Assembly (NCBI GenBank): GCA_000934665.2
Contig: KZ538931.1
Location: forward strand, 1-40,475
DNA length: 40,475 nt
Direction: 5' to 3'
Source: Catajapyx aquilonaris
Taxonomy: Eukaryota
Positions 23,202 through 34,781 of the stretch are shown one piece after another; position 1 is the first letter of the stretch; every line of letters starts with the position of its first letter. Position numbers and translations under genes: made by a program. Below the pieces are notes generated by a model. It was not told where the DNA came from. It searched no databases and saw only the letters and a program-made list of their open reading frames with translations.

Positions 23202-24989
23202 ATCCAAACCTATGTTTGGCAATTTGTCTCAACATGTACATGTACCGCTGTAAATTACAGAAGAGAAGCGGATATGATTGTGGAAACACGGCTGATGGCA
23301 GGCCAGACTTGGTCACTTGGGAAAGGTTGACGGCATGAATTCTGGTTGATGTTGGTCCCAATTTGAAATTGAGATGGTTGGATTTGCCCGGTTTTCACTC
23401 TTTTAACATATGAAATTCCTCACTACTAGTCAAACTTCTCACGTTTCTGTCTCTGGCACTGTATAATTCAACACATCTAGTCCACAACTGAAGGGTGTAA
23501 AATCTGATACCTGGATGAACTATTACAAAAATATTAACCATCATAAGAAATCTAAATATAATTTTCCTAAATTAAATGGTTTAATTTCATTATAACTAAA
23601 ATGTAGTTGTTGCAAACTACAAATAAAACTGGCACTAAATGATTATTGATCCTAACTGGAAAACTAACCACGGCATTACTTGACCCTTCAATGACAACCT
23701 CGGGAACAGGACTCAGCTCGACTAAAAAAAGGTTTCCTCGATTGTAGAATCAATGTAGAACTTTCTGATTGCTTTGGTCTCACTTTTACAATAATCTATT
23801 TCACTCATGTTGCACACATGCACTAAAAGGCCACTCCGCTCGGTCCCCTGGGCAGCAACGGAAGTGGCCATGGCTGGCAGCCATAAATATTCGGTGAACT
23901 TGAAAGTTTTTTAACCCACCCTCAGACTTGCACTTGTCAAGTCTGCCGGTGTTCTGGGTTGAACTCAGCATAACAGACCCTGCAATATTAGGTGGAAAAT
24001 TGTAACGAAATGGAGTGATGTGGAAGGTTTTTTTACTTGGCAATTGAAGAATGTATTGTACTTGGCCAAAGATTGTACAATAAAACAGGACCTTTAAATA
24101 CAAGTTTTGTTTTCCTAGGAACACTTTAGATGAAGATTAATGATGCTCTTGAAGAGAAGAATTTACACTACAACATGAGAAACTGTGGCATTGTGGGAAG
24201 TGTTGATTAACTTCACTGACTATAAATATGTAGACTTTACCTGGCTGTACACAAATACTTTCCCAAAAAAAAAATCACATGTATATGATTTGCTATGATT
24301 GACAAATTGCTAGCACTTCATTTACCCAAGACAAAGTAGCACAAATAGATGTCATTTTTTCCCTAGGTAAATTAATGCAAAAATCATAGGATATCTCCAA
24401 GGCAGTGAAGTGTTCCCTTGTGGTTAACGAGGACACTTTCTGAGCCCAATAGCTAATATATACTCTTGATGAGCATCAAGTGTGGTAACCTGAAAACACT
24501 TCCAAATTAACAAGTGCTATGTGAACTAGGAAAATGGGCTTTACTATGGAGGTAAGTTGATAACCGTTGGAACATTGAAAGACCACAAGTGCAATAATTA
24601 GGAATCATTACCTGTTCCTCAAATGCCACTCAACACACAATAATGCACTGCAAACATGCACTCCAACTGTTCCAAGGCAACATTGCTGTTCCGGGGTCTC
24701 ACTGCCCCTTTACACTTGCACCGCACTCACAAAGCTCATTCTGTTCTGTGATCTCCAAAAATTATAAGTGTATGCCCAACAATTATTATGCTACCAAAGC
24801 CGCATTGGTCTTGGATGAGGACACAAAATGAAATCTTTGCTCAAGCTGACTGAACCACAACAAAAATACAAAATGAAAACAACTGAAGTGTTAATGGAAA
24901 TAATAATCTCTGAGCAGCTACATTTTTTTTCTTCTTCCCAGGGCGCAAACATTGTTACCTTCCTAATTGGGCAGTCTTATTAATCCCCC

Positions 24990-27776
24990 TCACTTCACCA
25001 ATGGGCGTGTCTTGCCTTCCTCTTCACAAGACCTCTCACGATACTTCCGCACTTCGGCCATGTACTGGGCCCATGCGTCCTTGGGCTGAGTACCCTAAAA
25101 TCACATTGAAGATAAGGCAAACATGAGTCTAACAGCTGCAGTTGCATGCCTCGTGTAATGTTGTCGAGAATTTCATTGTGTGAAGGTCATCAGCATCGGT
25201 GCATTATACCTCACTTAACAAGGCTGAGATTAGGACACCTTTTTCAAGCTTACAAGGTTCTGATACGTATCTACTTTGTGAATTTTATAACAGTTTGAAA
25301 TGCAGTATGGTTCAATATTCCAATGCAGTGAATGAAACTACTCAGTTGCTGCTCTCACCTCTGCTTCAATTTGGTCCTTCTTCTGCTTTTTCACGATGCC
25401 AGTGGGCAGAACCTTGCCGCCCCGTCGCTTGCCCACCTGCGGGGAGACAAACTCAGGCCTATTAGCCATGGCTGCAGCTTGCCTCCTCTCACCTCTCTCT
25501 TTTTGAAATTTCAGCTTTCTAACAATCTCTTAGTGGCCACTCATGGGATTTGGAGGATATGTGGGGGAGTTCTCCTCCACACCCCCACCTGAAAGGCAGG
25601 GCAAACATCTGTTCCAAGTCAGTCCATGGCTGACCAACAACCAGATCACCTCACCCCTCAGATGTGGTTTCGATGTCTGAGGAGTGTGTGTCTGATTTCA
25701 CAATGCTGCTTTATAATGTATTGCTAACTGAAACATAAGGACTATGAGGACTGCTCATGACATGCAATAAGTTGTAACAGCAATTCTCCACATCAGTATC
25801 TGGAAAAAAATCCACATATTTGAGTTGTCACCCTGTAGGCAAAGGGCATTACACATCTTGCATTATGAGCACAGTTTAGTCATTGAATATTATCTAGTAG
25901 TATTTCCTAATTATGGCAAATCAATATGGACTGTAGTGTCATTCACACTCGGCTGTAAGCTACAGAGCAAGCTTAGTCTTAATTCTGGTTTAATTATGAA
26001 TTACACAATAATTTCAACTTGCCCTTCACTTCCACCCCTTTTCTCAAATTCAAAGATATTAAATGCACAGTACAAAAGAAGACAACATTTTATCATATTC
26101 CAATTACTCATTTCCTCCGTGGAAATCAGAAACTGCCTCAGACAGTTGATATCTGAAGTCCTTGAGACACCCTAATGAAGTTACAGCAATCATAGCTTCC
26201 AGGTCATTTAAAGAATGTCAGTACTTCTGCCACCACAAATTCCCACACCAGAAAACAAAGCAGCAATCTAAATGGTGCAATTTAAAAATGACTCATTATT
26301 ATACTACTGAAGAGAAGAATAGCAATGAACAGAATGTTCCATTAATTCTTAAGTAAATTTTCCTTTCCCCCAAGACTTGAACCATTTAGATATCAATTTA
26401 AAAAATAATTAAGTACAATTTTAGTGGAAAAATGTCAGGTTAAATGAGCACAAATAAAAGTAACAGGTTCTGAAGCTTTTCTATTAGGCACCCCATCAGC
26501 TCAAACATGTAGTCAATAAAGCTCCACAACTTTCTTTCGATGAACCAGTGATATACAGGGTATTCCAGACTCGTGGGTCACTTTTTGATAACTGGTATAG
26601 GGCAATATCAGTTATCAAAAAGTGACCCATGAATCTGAAACACCCTGTATATTATTCTCAATCATGAGCTTACTTCTCAAGCCTGAACTGCTAATGGGTA
26701 TGCAACATTTGAAGTCAATTGCCAGTATGAACACCAAGGTCAATTTCTATGAGAATAGCAATTATTATTATGCGCACTGCTGCTTGTGTGTTGCAACTAC
26801 AGTATTTTCCCATCCAACTGAGGCGTAACAATCATGTTGATTGATTTATAAATCCCTCTTTGGAAAATCTGCCAGCATCTTATAGTGATTGTCAAGTTGA
26901 TTTCTGGTCAACTGCTGGAAATCAACTTTCCCATGCTGCTTCAGAAATATTATAGTACTGCACATAACTCTCTGAATCTATGTACAATCCCCCTACCCCA
27001 ACCTCCATGCAATTACTTTCTTGATTGTGCAGGACCAAGGTCGGGTCATGGGATAGCTTTCTTGTTATGGACTCTTGCCCTGCATACCAGACCAAATACA
27101 CACTTCCTCCTCCACAATCAAGAATGTAATAATCTGCAGAGTGAACACCTGTCATTCACTCGTGTGCAGTACTGTAATACTAAGTTTTTCAGGAAATGTG
27201 TAATAAAGTCTTGTTAGTGAATGTGTCCCTGTTAAGTACCAGCAGCATTCCACACTAAGGTGGCGCAATTATAAAGAGTATCATTCCCCTCCAACCTCCA
27301 CTCAGCAGCACTTATTTTAGCCACCACTTCGAACATTGAAAATACTGAAATCCCACTGCAAGAAATGAAGCAATATTAATGAATCCCTCCTGAGAAACCC
27401 TTACAAAGCCTGCGGCGGATTTCCTGGCACTGGCGGCCTGTCCTCCATCACCAACAAGCCCTGCATCGCCTGCACCTCCAGACGAAGATGCCGGTAGCTG
27501 CTCATCCTCCGCTGCAGGCTGGCCTCCTCCTCCTCCTCCTCCTCCTCCACTGGCTGCCACCCTGCTTTTCTCCTCCTGCAACCTCTTGAACATCTCCAGG
27601 AAACTCCCATCATTCTTGAACATATTCTGAGGCTTCTCTTCCTCTTCATCATCCTCCTCCTCCTCATCCTCCACGTCTTCCACCTCCCCTTCTTCGTCTT
27701 CCTCTTCCTCCCGAGACGGGCTTCTGGGCTCGGGGGATGGGGTTCGCCGGTGCCTCCGTCGACTCTCGCTCGCCAT
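24990..27776 (-). CDS. TRIR: Telomerase RNA component interacting RNase (C19orf43 homolog)
   Basis: Exons 27776-27405, 25436-25359, 25094-24990 (phase 0). Motifs NMFKNDGSFLEMFK, FVGKRRGGKVLPTGIVKKQK and DAWAQYMAEVRKYRERSCEEEGKTRPLVK* match TRIR. Confidence 0.93.
26556..26647. mobile_element. 92-bp Tc1/mariner-type MITE (near-perfect hairpin)
   Basis: TA-CAGGGTATTCCAGACTCGTGGGTCACTTTTTGATAACTG...CAGTTATCAAAAAGTGACCCATGAATCTGAAACACCCTG-TA. Confidence 0.9.
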
Positions 27777-28358
27777 TGCTCTACCACGGTGCAACTCTTC
27801 ACCCGCTGCAGAACTTACGCCATTTGTGGTGTGGGTGGGTGGGTGGACGACGGCGAGGGCTCTTCAGGGAGCGGGGTGCGTTCAGTTGTGCCACGGGTTG
27901 CCGCGTGACGTAATCACTAGGGGTATTTCTGGGCCTGCACGGAATGTTATGGTGTTCTTGCAATCTACTAAACTGTGACAGGCTGGAACATGGCCTGGAA
28001 TTGGCTTCCTGATTCGGTGTGTGTTATTTCGAGAGAGATGCTACCCACTAGTGCGCACTGGTGTGTGTGACCGAACGTCCCCTGCAGACAGTCTGACATT
28101 GTTGTTTGCACACCTCCTTACTGAGAGAGCCAATAAAAATGCTAAACTGCAAAACACTAACCAATCACAGTGCAACATGCATCACTGCGCATGGGTACCA
28201 ATGACGTAAAAATAATGAACCTATACGAAATGTAAGTGCATAATAAAGATTTATATCGTACTACCTGTACGAGCTTAAATTAATACTATAGGTTGTAATT
28301 GCTTTCATAATGAATTCCAATTCTGAGTTTCTGATTTGGACACCCTGACAAATCAAAA
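27777..28358. promoter_or_regulatory. Bidirectional promoter of TRIR and NDUFAF2
   Basis: Head-to-head genes about 580 bp apart; CCAAT boxes (about 28130, 28161, 28198), TGCGCATG at 28186, TGACGTAA at 27906 and 28202, and YY1-like AAATGGCG at both ends. Confidence 0.7.
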
Positions 28359-29790
28359 ATGGCGGAAGGTCCGAGTCGCCGTGTGTGGTTGGCGGTGTGG
28401 AAGAACTTGTTCAAGTCCCTCCGACCCCGGCAGTTCAAGGGCAACTACAAGGGGACTGATTACTTCGGGAACAAGTACTACGAGATACCGGCAGGTACAT
28501 GGATTTGTCAGAAACGCAATGCAAGCGACATAAACTGTTACATCACGTTTTCAAGGGAGGCAAGAAAAGAGTTTATGGCCCCAGAACAGCACGTTTTTCT
28601 GTAAATAACGTGGAATGGTCTAGTGTTAATTAGGGTCAACCAGCTCGGTAATAAGCCAGGATTTATCATGTAAAAGCAGGAGTAGAACCACAGTCAGAAG
28701 TGTGATAATTATCAGACAATTCCGTGGGACCTTCTGCTTCAAAAGTAAAGTGAGAATGAAAACTGATAATGAACTTGACTAGAATAGGAATTCACTAGGA
28801 ATAATGTCAGCAACTTGAAATATAACCACACCAGGCTGCCCCATTGAAATTGAACTGTTACATACACGTTTTCATTTCAGATCCGCAGGGGGGCCGAAGG
28901 AAGACTTCTCGCTGGTTCGATCCACCTGAGAAGGAAGACTTTGAGCAGGAAGTTCCAGCAGAATGGGAGTGTAAGTTTTAATTGAATTAGTGAGTTGTTT
29001 TGTGTGATGCAAGATTTTTCCAGTAGCAAATGTAGCATAATTATCATCATTAAGCGACATGTGAACAATTTGACGAGCGAAGTCATCGCCAAGTGGTAAC
29101 ATCGCTGAGTAACCCAAGTAATCAGTATTGTTTGAGGCGAAAATTGATTGTTACTTTCACCTCCGCCGAGTGAAGTAACCATGGTTACTTCGCTCTGCTT
29201 CGCTTGTCATATCGCTCACATGTAAACACACCTTTACCTCCTCTACATGGCCTGACCAGTCACTGGAGGATCCATTGTAATGGTCGTACGAGATGACCAA
29301 GTGAATGTACCTGGTCATTGCTGGCAACCCCATTGTGATTGTGTGTGTGAAATGTGACATTCCAAAGTGACATACACTCTTTATCTCAAAAAATTCTTAA
29401 TACTGTCAGCACCGACCAAGTTAAAAATTCCAGATTACCACATTTTGTCTTTTCTTGTTTGCAAGCTTGGCTCCGAGGCAGGCGTGAGATTCCCCCTTCA
29501 GAGGAGGAACTGCAAAAAAACCTTGCCATCATGCAAACCAAGAAAAAAAATGCTGCTGCTCTGGAAGAGAAAGAGAGGCAGACGAAAGGCTTGCCACCCT
29601 TGGCTAGGAAGACAGTAAATTTGTTTGCTATTGAATCATCCTTTATTTGCACTATTTGTTGCTTATGTTCACATCTGACATGTCAGATTTTAAAACGTGT
29701 CATATTAATTTGCAGGAGGAATCCGAAACAAGTTTCCCCTCATATGATGATTACGAGGCTATGCCTGGGAAGCCTAAACGTCGCAGCTGA
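28359..29790 (+). CDS. NDUFAF2: NADH dehydrogenase 1 alpha subcomplex assembly factor 2 (mimitin, NDUFA12 family)
   Basis: Exons 28359-28494, 28881-28970, 29466-29614, 29716-29790. Motifs GTDYFGNKYYEIP, VPAEWESWLRGRREIPPSEEE and C-terminal SFPSYDDYEAMPG. The exon 3 acceptor is AAG. Confidence 0.92.
29058..29236. mobile_element. MITE-like inverted-repeat element (possibly PIF/Harbinger) in NDUFAF2 intron 2
   Basis: ACATGTGAACAATTTGACGAGCGAAG pairs with CTTCGCTTGTCATATCGCTCACATGT; TSD not resolved. Confidence 0.55.
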
Positions 29791-32343
29791 ATGCAATGTA
29801 CTGTAAATATAAATTGTACAACATTGTGCATATTATTTCGTGTCAGTATAAATACACTACATGCTATTAAATAATATTATAGGTTACAACAAATACTATA
29901 TCTTATGCTTCCTAGCATTGCTGGTACCTCACAACATGGGGATAACCAAATCTGTTGATTTACCTCATCATTCTACATGTTACAGACTAGTGCCTTATCA
30001 ACATTTACAAGGATGCTTTGGAACAATCTTGTTGATTAACACCTCTGCCGTCCCATGGAAAAAAAACCGCATCTGCAAAACCGAGAGCACTGGAAAGTCT
30101 ACTCTAACAGTTTTGCAGATACAGCTTTTTTCCGTGGGACGGCAGACCTGTAGACCACTGGTTGGACATTATTACATCTTCAAAACAAGAAATAAGAATA
30201 CGCAAATTAATATTTGGTAAAATATTATGTAAGTGTGTGTTTAATCATATAATACAGGTTCCATCTATTGTCTCATCACAATGCCACCCTGCACCAAAAC
30301 CCAAGGACAACGACTAGGAGAAACAAGAAGCTCATGAAGCAGCACAGTTGTCATATCTTGCATATGAAAATGTCCGAGGATCTAGTGTCACATGCATGAT
30401 ATGACAACTCTGCATATTTCCAAGCCTCTTAATCTTTTGTAGTCCCAAGATATTATATTGCATTTGGGTTTGAGGATGGAATGGCATAAGGTGATTGGCA
30501 GGAGCTGACTTATAAGGCTCAACCCACTGGACTTTGCATTATATCCCTGGACACATAAAACAGTGTTAAATTACAACCCTATAATACACTTGTTCATGCA
30601 GGTACTATATTGATCCTTTTGCTTTGGAAAACTGCATTTGGTAACTTCAATAGTCTGAATATTTGAGGAAATAATTTGGTTGTACCATGATTTTTTCATT
30701 CAGGATGATAATTACAAGTCATGGTCAATATGTACTAGGTCTACAGTCTCCTAATATGACTGTGGCAAAGACAAAAAGGAAAAGAAATTGTGCGTTTCAT
30801 TAGGTACAAATGGGGCAACAGATGTCATCCAAGCCCAATGTGTAATTCAGCATCAAGCATAACGTGCTGCCTATCAATCATATCCCAGATACACATGGCC
30901 AATCTTATTATCTCGCATAACCAAACAGCTGCGTATGAAAATTATCTAAGATACTCGACTGTATTTAGTTATGGGAATGTGTGATTATTACCAGACAGAG
31001 CATTTCAATGCACCATTTTGGACACGATGCAATCCTGTTTTGTTGTGCACTTACTTCAATCACTGTATTGAAGTACATTATTGCAAATGTAATTACAGTT
31101 ATTGTCTCCCCCAATTCCTAAGAAAAATGTCTCGTCACAAATATGCGGAAAATTACAAATCCATAAATTAGGGAAAGAAAAACAATATTGTTCAGACTTT
31201 AAAAGTCATGGCGCAGCGAGTAGAGGAATCTTGCACCATATTTAACAACAAAATTTTGCACAACATATTAAAATTGGCACGTCATAAAGGTTATTCTGCC
31301 TTAATTATCACAGGGTAATAACATCTGCACTAGAAGGACTTTGGGGGAAATTGTGTGTTACAAAAACTTTACACTATTGATTGAAATAAGTTGGCACCAC
31401 AGAAGCTGATTTTAAGATCTTGGCTCTAAGCAATGATTTCTCCATCAATGATCAGCAACTAGTGCTAATGTATGCGGTGTTATTGAGAAGACCAAGTGCC
31501 ATTTGCAAGTGAAGTGACATTACTGGGTCAGGCAAATTTGTTTATGGGAACTATGGAAAATATGAGTTAGCCCGTGCCATCTGAAGGAGTTTTATTCCTA
31601 AATGAAATGTATTCACCTTGAGGTACTGTGATTGACTCTTCGACATACGTGTACTTGTATCAATTTCATTTATTGCCCGTAACTTCTAGCCACGTTCAAG
31701 CACACTTGATGTGTACAATGCCAGGTTTTCAATGGCTACAAGTTGCTGAACAATGATTTACATTTTGCACAATTGGTAAAAAGGACCAAGGGCTTTAAAA
31801 ATTACTGGGCACTGCCTTATAAGGTACTGCACGTTCTTCTCACACATACAGGTTGTCTAATCAAAGATGACAACACCAAGTAACATAATTATCATGCTAT
31901 TGTAACTTATTCCCTGCACAAATTGGTCAAGCACGGAGGCCATGACAGAATAGTAGAACCGTTACTTCTTACATGCTTTAGAAAGCAAATGTTTTGTCTC
32001 ACAATGAGCATGATATGGTAGTCATGAGATATATGCCTCAGGCCTATCCTCTCAGCGCAGGGAATTTTCTAATCACTTGGGAGAAATTAGTAGTAACAAT
32101 GCCTGCAGTACAGAAATCTTGAAAGACACTGAATCATAGTTATTATTGTCAGTTATTTAGACAGTCCTGCACTGTGTGTTCCACTAACAAACACAAGAGC
32201 ACCGCACTTTATACGACAGGTAAGCAAAAATACCAGGGAATAATAACCGGCTGCAATCAACCCCCATGCCCAAATAAGGAATGCATACAAATCATGGCTT
32301 TGCAAGAATAAATGGAAAAGCATGTAATTTGCCAATAGGTGCA

Positions 32344-32688
32344 TCAGTCAGATTTGGCCCGTCGCGTCTTGGCCAGATTGGCTCCCCGTCTGGCTGACCT
32401 CTTCCTATCCTTCTCCTGCGCCTCTATGGCCTTGGCCAGCTTCCATGACAGCAGCATGGAGATGAAGAAGAAGGGTGTTAGACAAATCAGCACGTAGTAC
32501 AGGAATTGCCATGGGTTCTGCGCTATCCAGATCATGTACGTGTTGGCCCACCCCTCCCATGTGCTGGGATCCAAGTTTACTTCTGGGGGTATAGGACTCG
32601 CCCCTGGGTCAGCTCCAGCATCAAGTGAGCCCAGAATGGGCGACTCTGTGCTTACTACATCATCTTCAACTGCATCATCCATCCCCAT
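32344..32688 (-). CDS. SMIM15: Small integral membrane protein 15 (UPF0542/C5orf43) with an acidic N-terminal extension
   Basis: WIAQNPWQFLYYVLICLTPFFFISMLLSWKLAKAIEAQEK matches SMIM15 (W.AKDP..FL..V...LTP.F..S..LSWKLAK.IEA.EK). Single coding exon starting at 32695; upstream exons 33059-32757 and one ending at 33730. Confidence 0.93.
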   Translation of the reverse strand: MGMDDAVEDDVVSTESPILGSLDAGADPGASPIPPEVNLDPSTWEGWANTYMIWIAQNPWQFLYYVLICLTPFFFISMLLSWKLAKAIEAQEKDRKRSARRGANLAKTRRAKSD

Positions 32689-32862
32689 TGTTCACCTTCA
32701 AGGAGATTGAATAGGGAGTTCAGCAAGTATGGTTTGATGCACAGGCAACAACTCACCAGCCAACCTGCTGAGCAAATTTTGTTGGTGGGGCCTGTCCTTT
32801 ATCCTGCTGAAGCCGTGCTGAAGTTTTCACGCAGTTTCTCTCCAGGCTTCGCCGTTCTATGC

Positions 32863-33045
32863 TTATGCTATCGGCACTTTTTCGAGCGATACTATGCCGA
32901 ACGACTCCATTTTTGCCGGGAACGGGCTGGTGTCTTCTTCGTTGCTGACCTTCTCCGAGATCCTGCCGTGTCCGGACGTCCCTGGACTTCCCGGATTGCT
33001 TCCCCCAGCCCCTGGAGACAGGCCGAATTTTTCGTTAATCTCCAT
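32863..33045 (-). CDS. 60-aa upstream ORF in the SMIM15 leader exon
   Basis: Start codon in GAAATGG context just after the acceptor at 33060; the ORF ends inside the exon 33059-32757, which splices through a 61-nt GT-AG intron to the SMIM15 coding exon. Confidence 0.4.
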   Translation of the reverse strand: MEINEKFGLSPGAGGSNPGSPGTSGHGRISEKVSNEEDTSPFPAKMESFGIVSLEKVPIA

Positions 33046-33899
33046 TTCAAGCCCAGAACCTAGATTATTTACACTTTTAAGTTGCAGTTTGACTAGAGTA
33101 GAGCCTACGTTAAATCACTAAGCCACATTTGCTAATGAGGAAATGTTAAATATTTGCTGTGAATATTGCCATATGCACTTACACAATCCCAGTAACGAGA
33201 CGGAACCACTCACCAGATGTATGATTTTAAACCTTAACTTGTTGGATGAATCATGGCAAGTCAGTGTGGTAGGAAGTCATTCACCTTTCAATCAAGGCTC
33301 TTGGGGTTGTCATGCTTTGGAGTTTATGTACATGTGCTGATAAAAGTAATGATTACAGAGATGGTGACAATGCAATCTGATAACTTGACCAACTTAAGCA
33401 TATTAAGTTAGAAATAGACTGAAACCGATTATTATTCCAAATAATATTATGCAATAATGCAGTGGGAATGCTGCGACTTCACATGCTCGTGCATGACTCA
33501 TCTGAAAGTGAAGGAGCGTGCTACCGTACCGGAACTCTATGTGCATACGGTATTTCCCAGTAATATCATGAGAGTCTTTCAATAATATTAAGCCTTGGTC
33601 CTATTTTTAAAACAATAGTATAGGTGTTATTGAGAACAATGGGATAACTGGCCTAGAGGAGTTACTGCAAGAAATGCAGAAGGATAGTAAGAATGGATAT
33701 TCTTTTGCAAGCCCAATCCTAAAACTAACCCCGGTTCTGGCGACCTTGTGATGCAATCGATCTGAAAGATTTGGTCCGTCGTTTTCAGGCGTTACTTCGC
33801 ATTATTCGAAGGTGATTAAAATCTATACTGACTCTTTCACAATGAACCAGGCATATTATTATTAACTGTGCAATAAGAACAGAACATGCCTAACAGGCT

Positions 33900-34210
33900 A
33901 TTGATATGCTGCTAAATCTGGGACAAGCGACGTAATTTCAGCTAGTCGTAGCGCCAGCGATGAAATATAAATGTACTTTAAAATGCTTCCGTTGCTTGAC
34001 AGAGCCCTCTGATTGGTCCGCCCCCATATTGTTGCCGCCACCTCTTCCCATTGGCCCCCGTCCATTGTTGCTGCGTCGTATTCAAGACGCATTGTTACCA
34101 TGGAGCCTCCGATTGGCCCCCGTTCCGAGCATGCGCATTGGGGGTGGGACACGTCCAGTTGGATGTTGACCTCCGCGGGGGGTCTATTGACTGAGGGTCT
34201 ATTGACAACC
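33900..34210. promoter_or_regulatory. CpG-rich promoter between SMIM15 and the HMG-box gene
   Basis: Several ATTGG (reverse CCAAT) boxes, GC box CCGCCC at about 34018, NRF1-like GCATGCGCA at 34129, X-box-like GTTACCATGGAGCC at 34094. Confidence 0.65.
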
Positions 34211-34781
34211 AAGGGCACATCCTTGCTGTTCAATACTCGTTTTTGCTGCCATCGATGAATGCATTCATTCATTCATTCATTCATTACATCACTGCTTAAT
34301 TCCCATATGGGGGTAGCCAGCGATGACCAGGTTATACTTACACCTGGTCACCTCGTTAAGACCGACATAATGCCATCGATTAATAAATATAATAAATACT
34401 TGGTAGTGTAACCTGGCATAAAAGAAGCTTTATTTTCCCAAGCAAACCCTAGAAGTTTGTTATTGTTATGTAATTGCTAAAGGGTACTTCTACAGCTTGC
34501 TTTGGTAAAAGCAGTGTCTGCGTGAATAGGCCATTAGAAGTAGAAGGATTGCACTACATTTTGAAAAACTGCATTGCACGTATGAAAAAAAAATTGCACT
34601 AACTGTTAGTTATATATCAGTTGCCAAGCACTAGAAAATAATGTTGGCAACACTGACCTTTAGGTGTCAACGTGTTGTTGCCTCCTAGGAAACCCAAATC
34701 TGTTTGGAAGTCTGCCACCATTTGACTAATATTCTCTCTCCCCTTTGGCTTGTGATGTAACCCTCGACCCTCTTCTTGAAA

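Noticed and set aside
24990..27776. Proximity of TRIR as support for the telomerase RNA candidate
   Set aside because: The link is only the gene name; gene adjacency is not evidence for a TR locus.
32707..33121. + strand ORFs of 118 and 75 aa
   Set aside because: They are antisense shadows of the SMIM15 leader exon, whose splice signals are on the minus strand.
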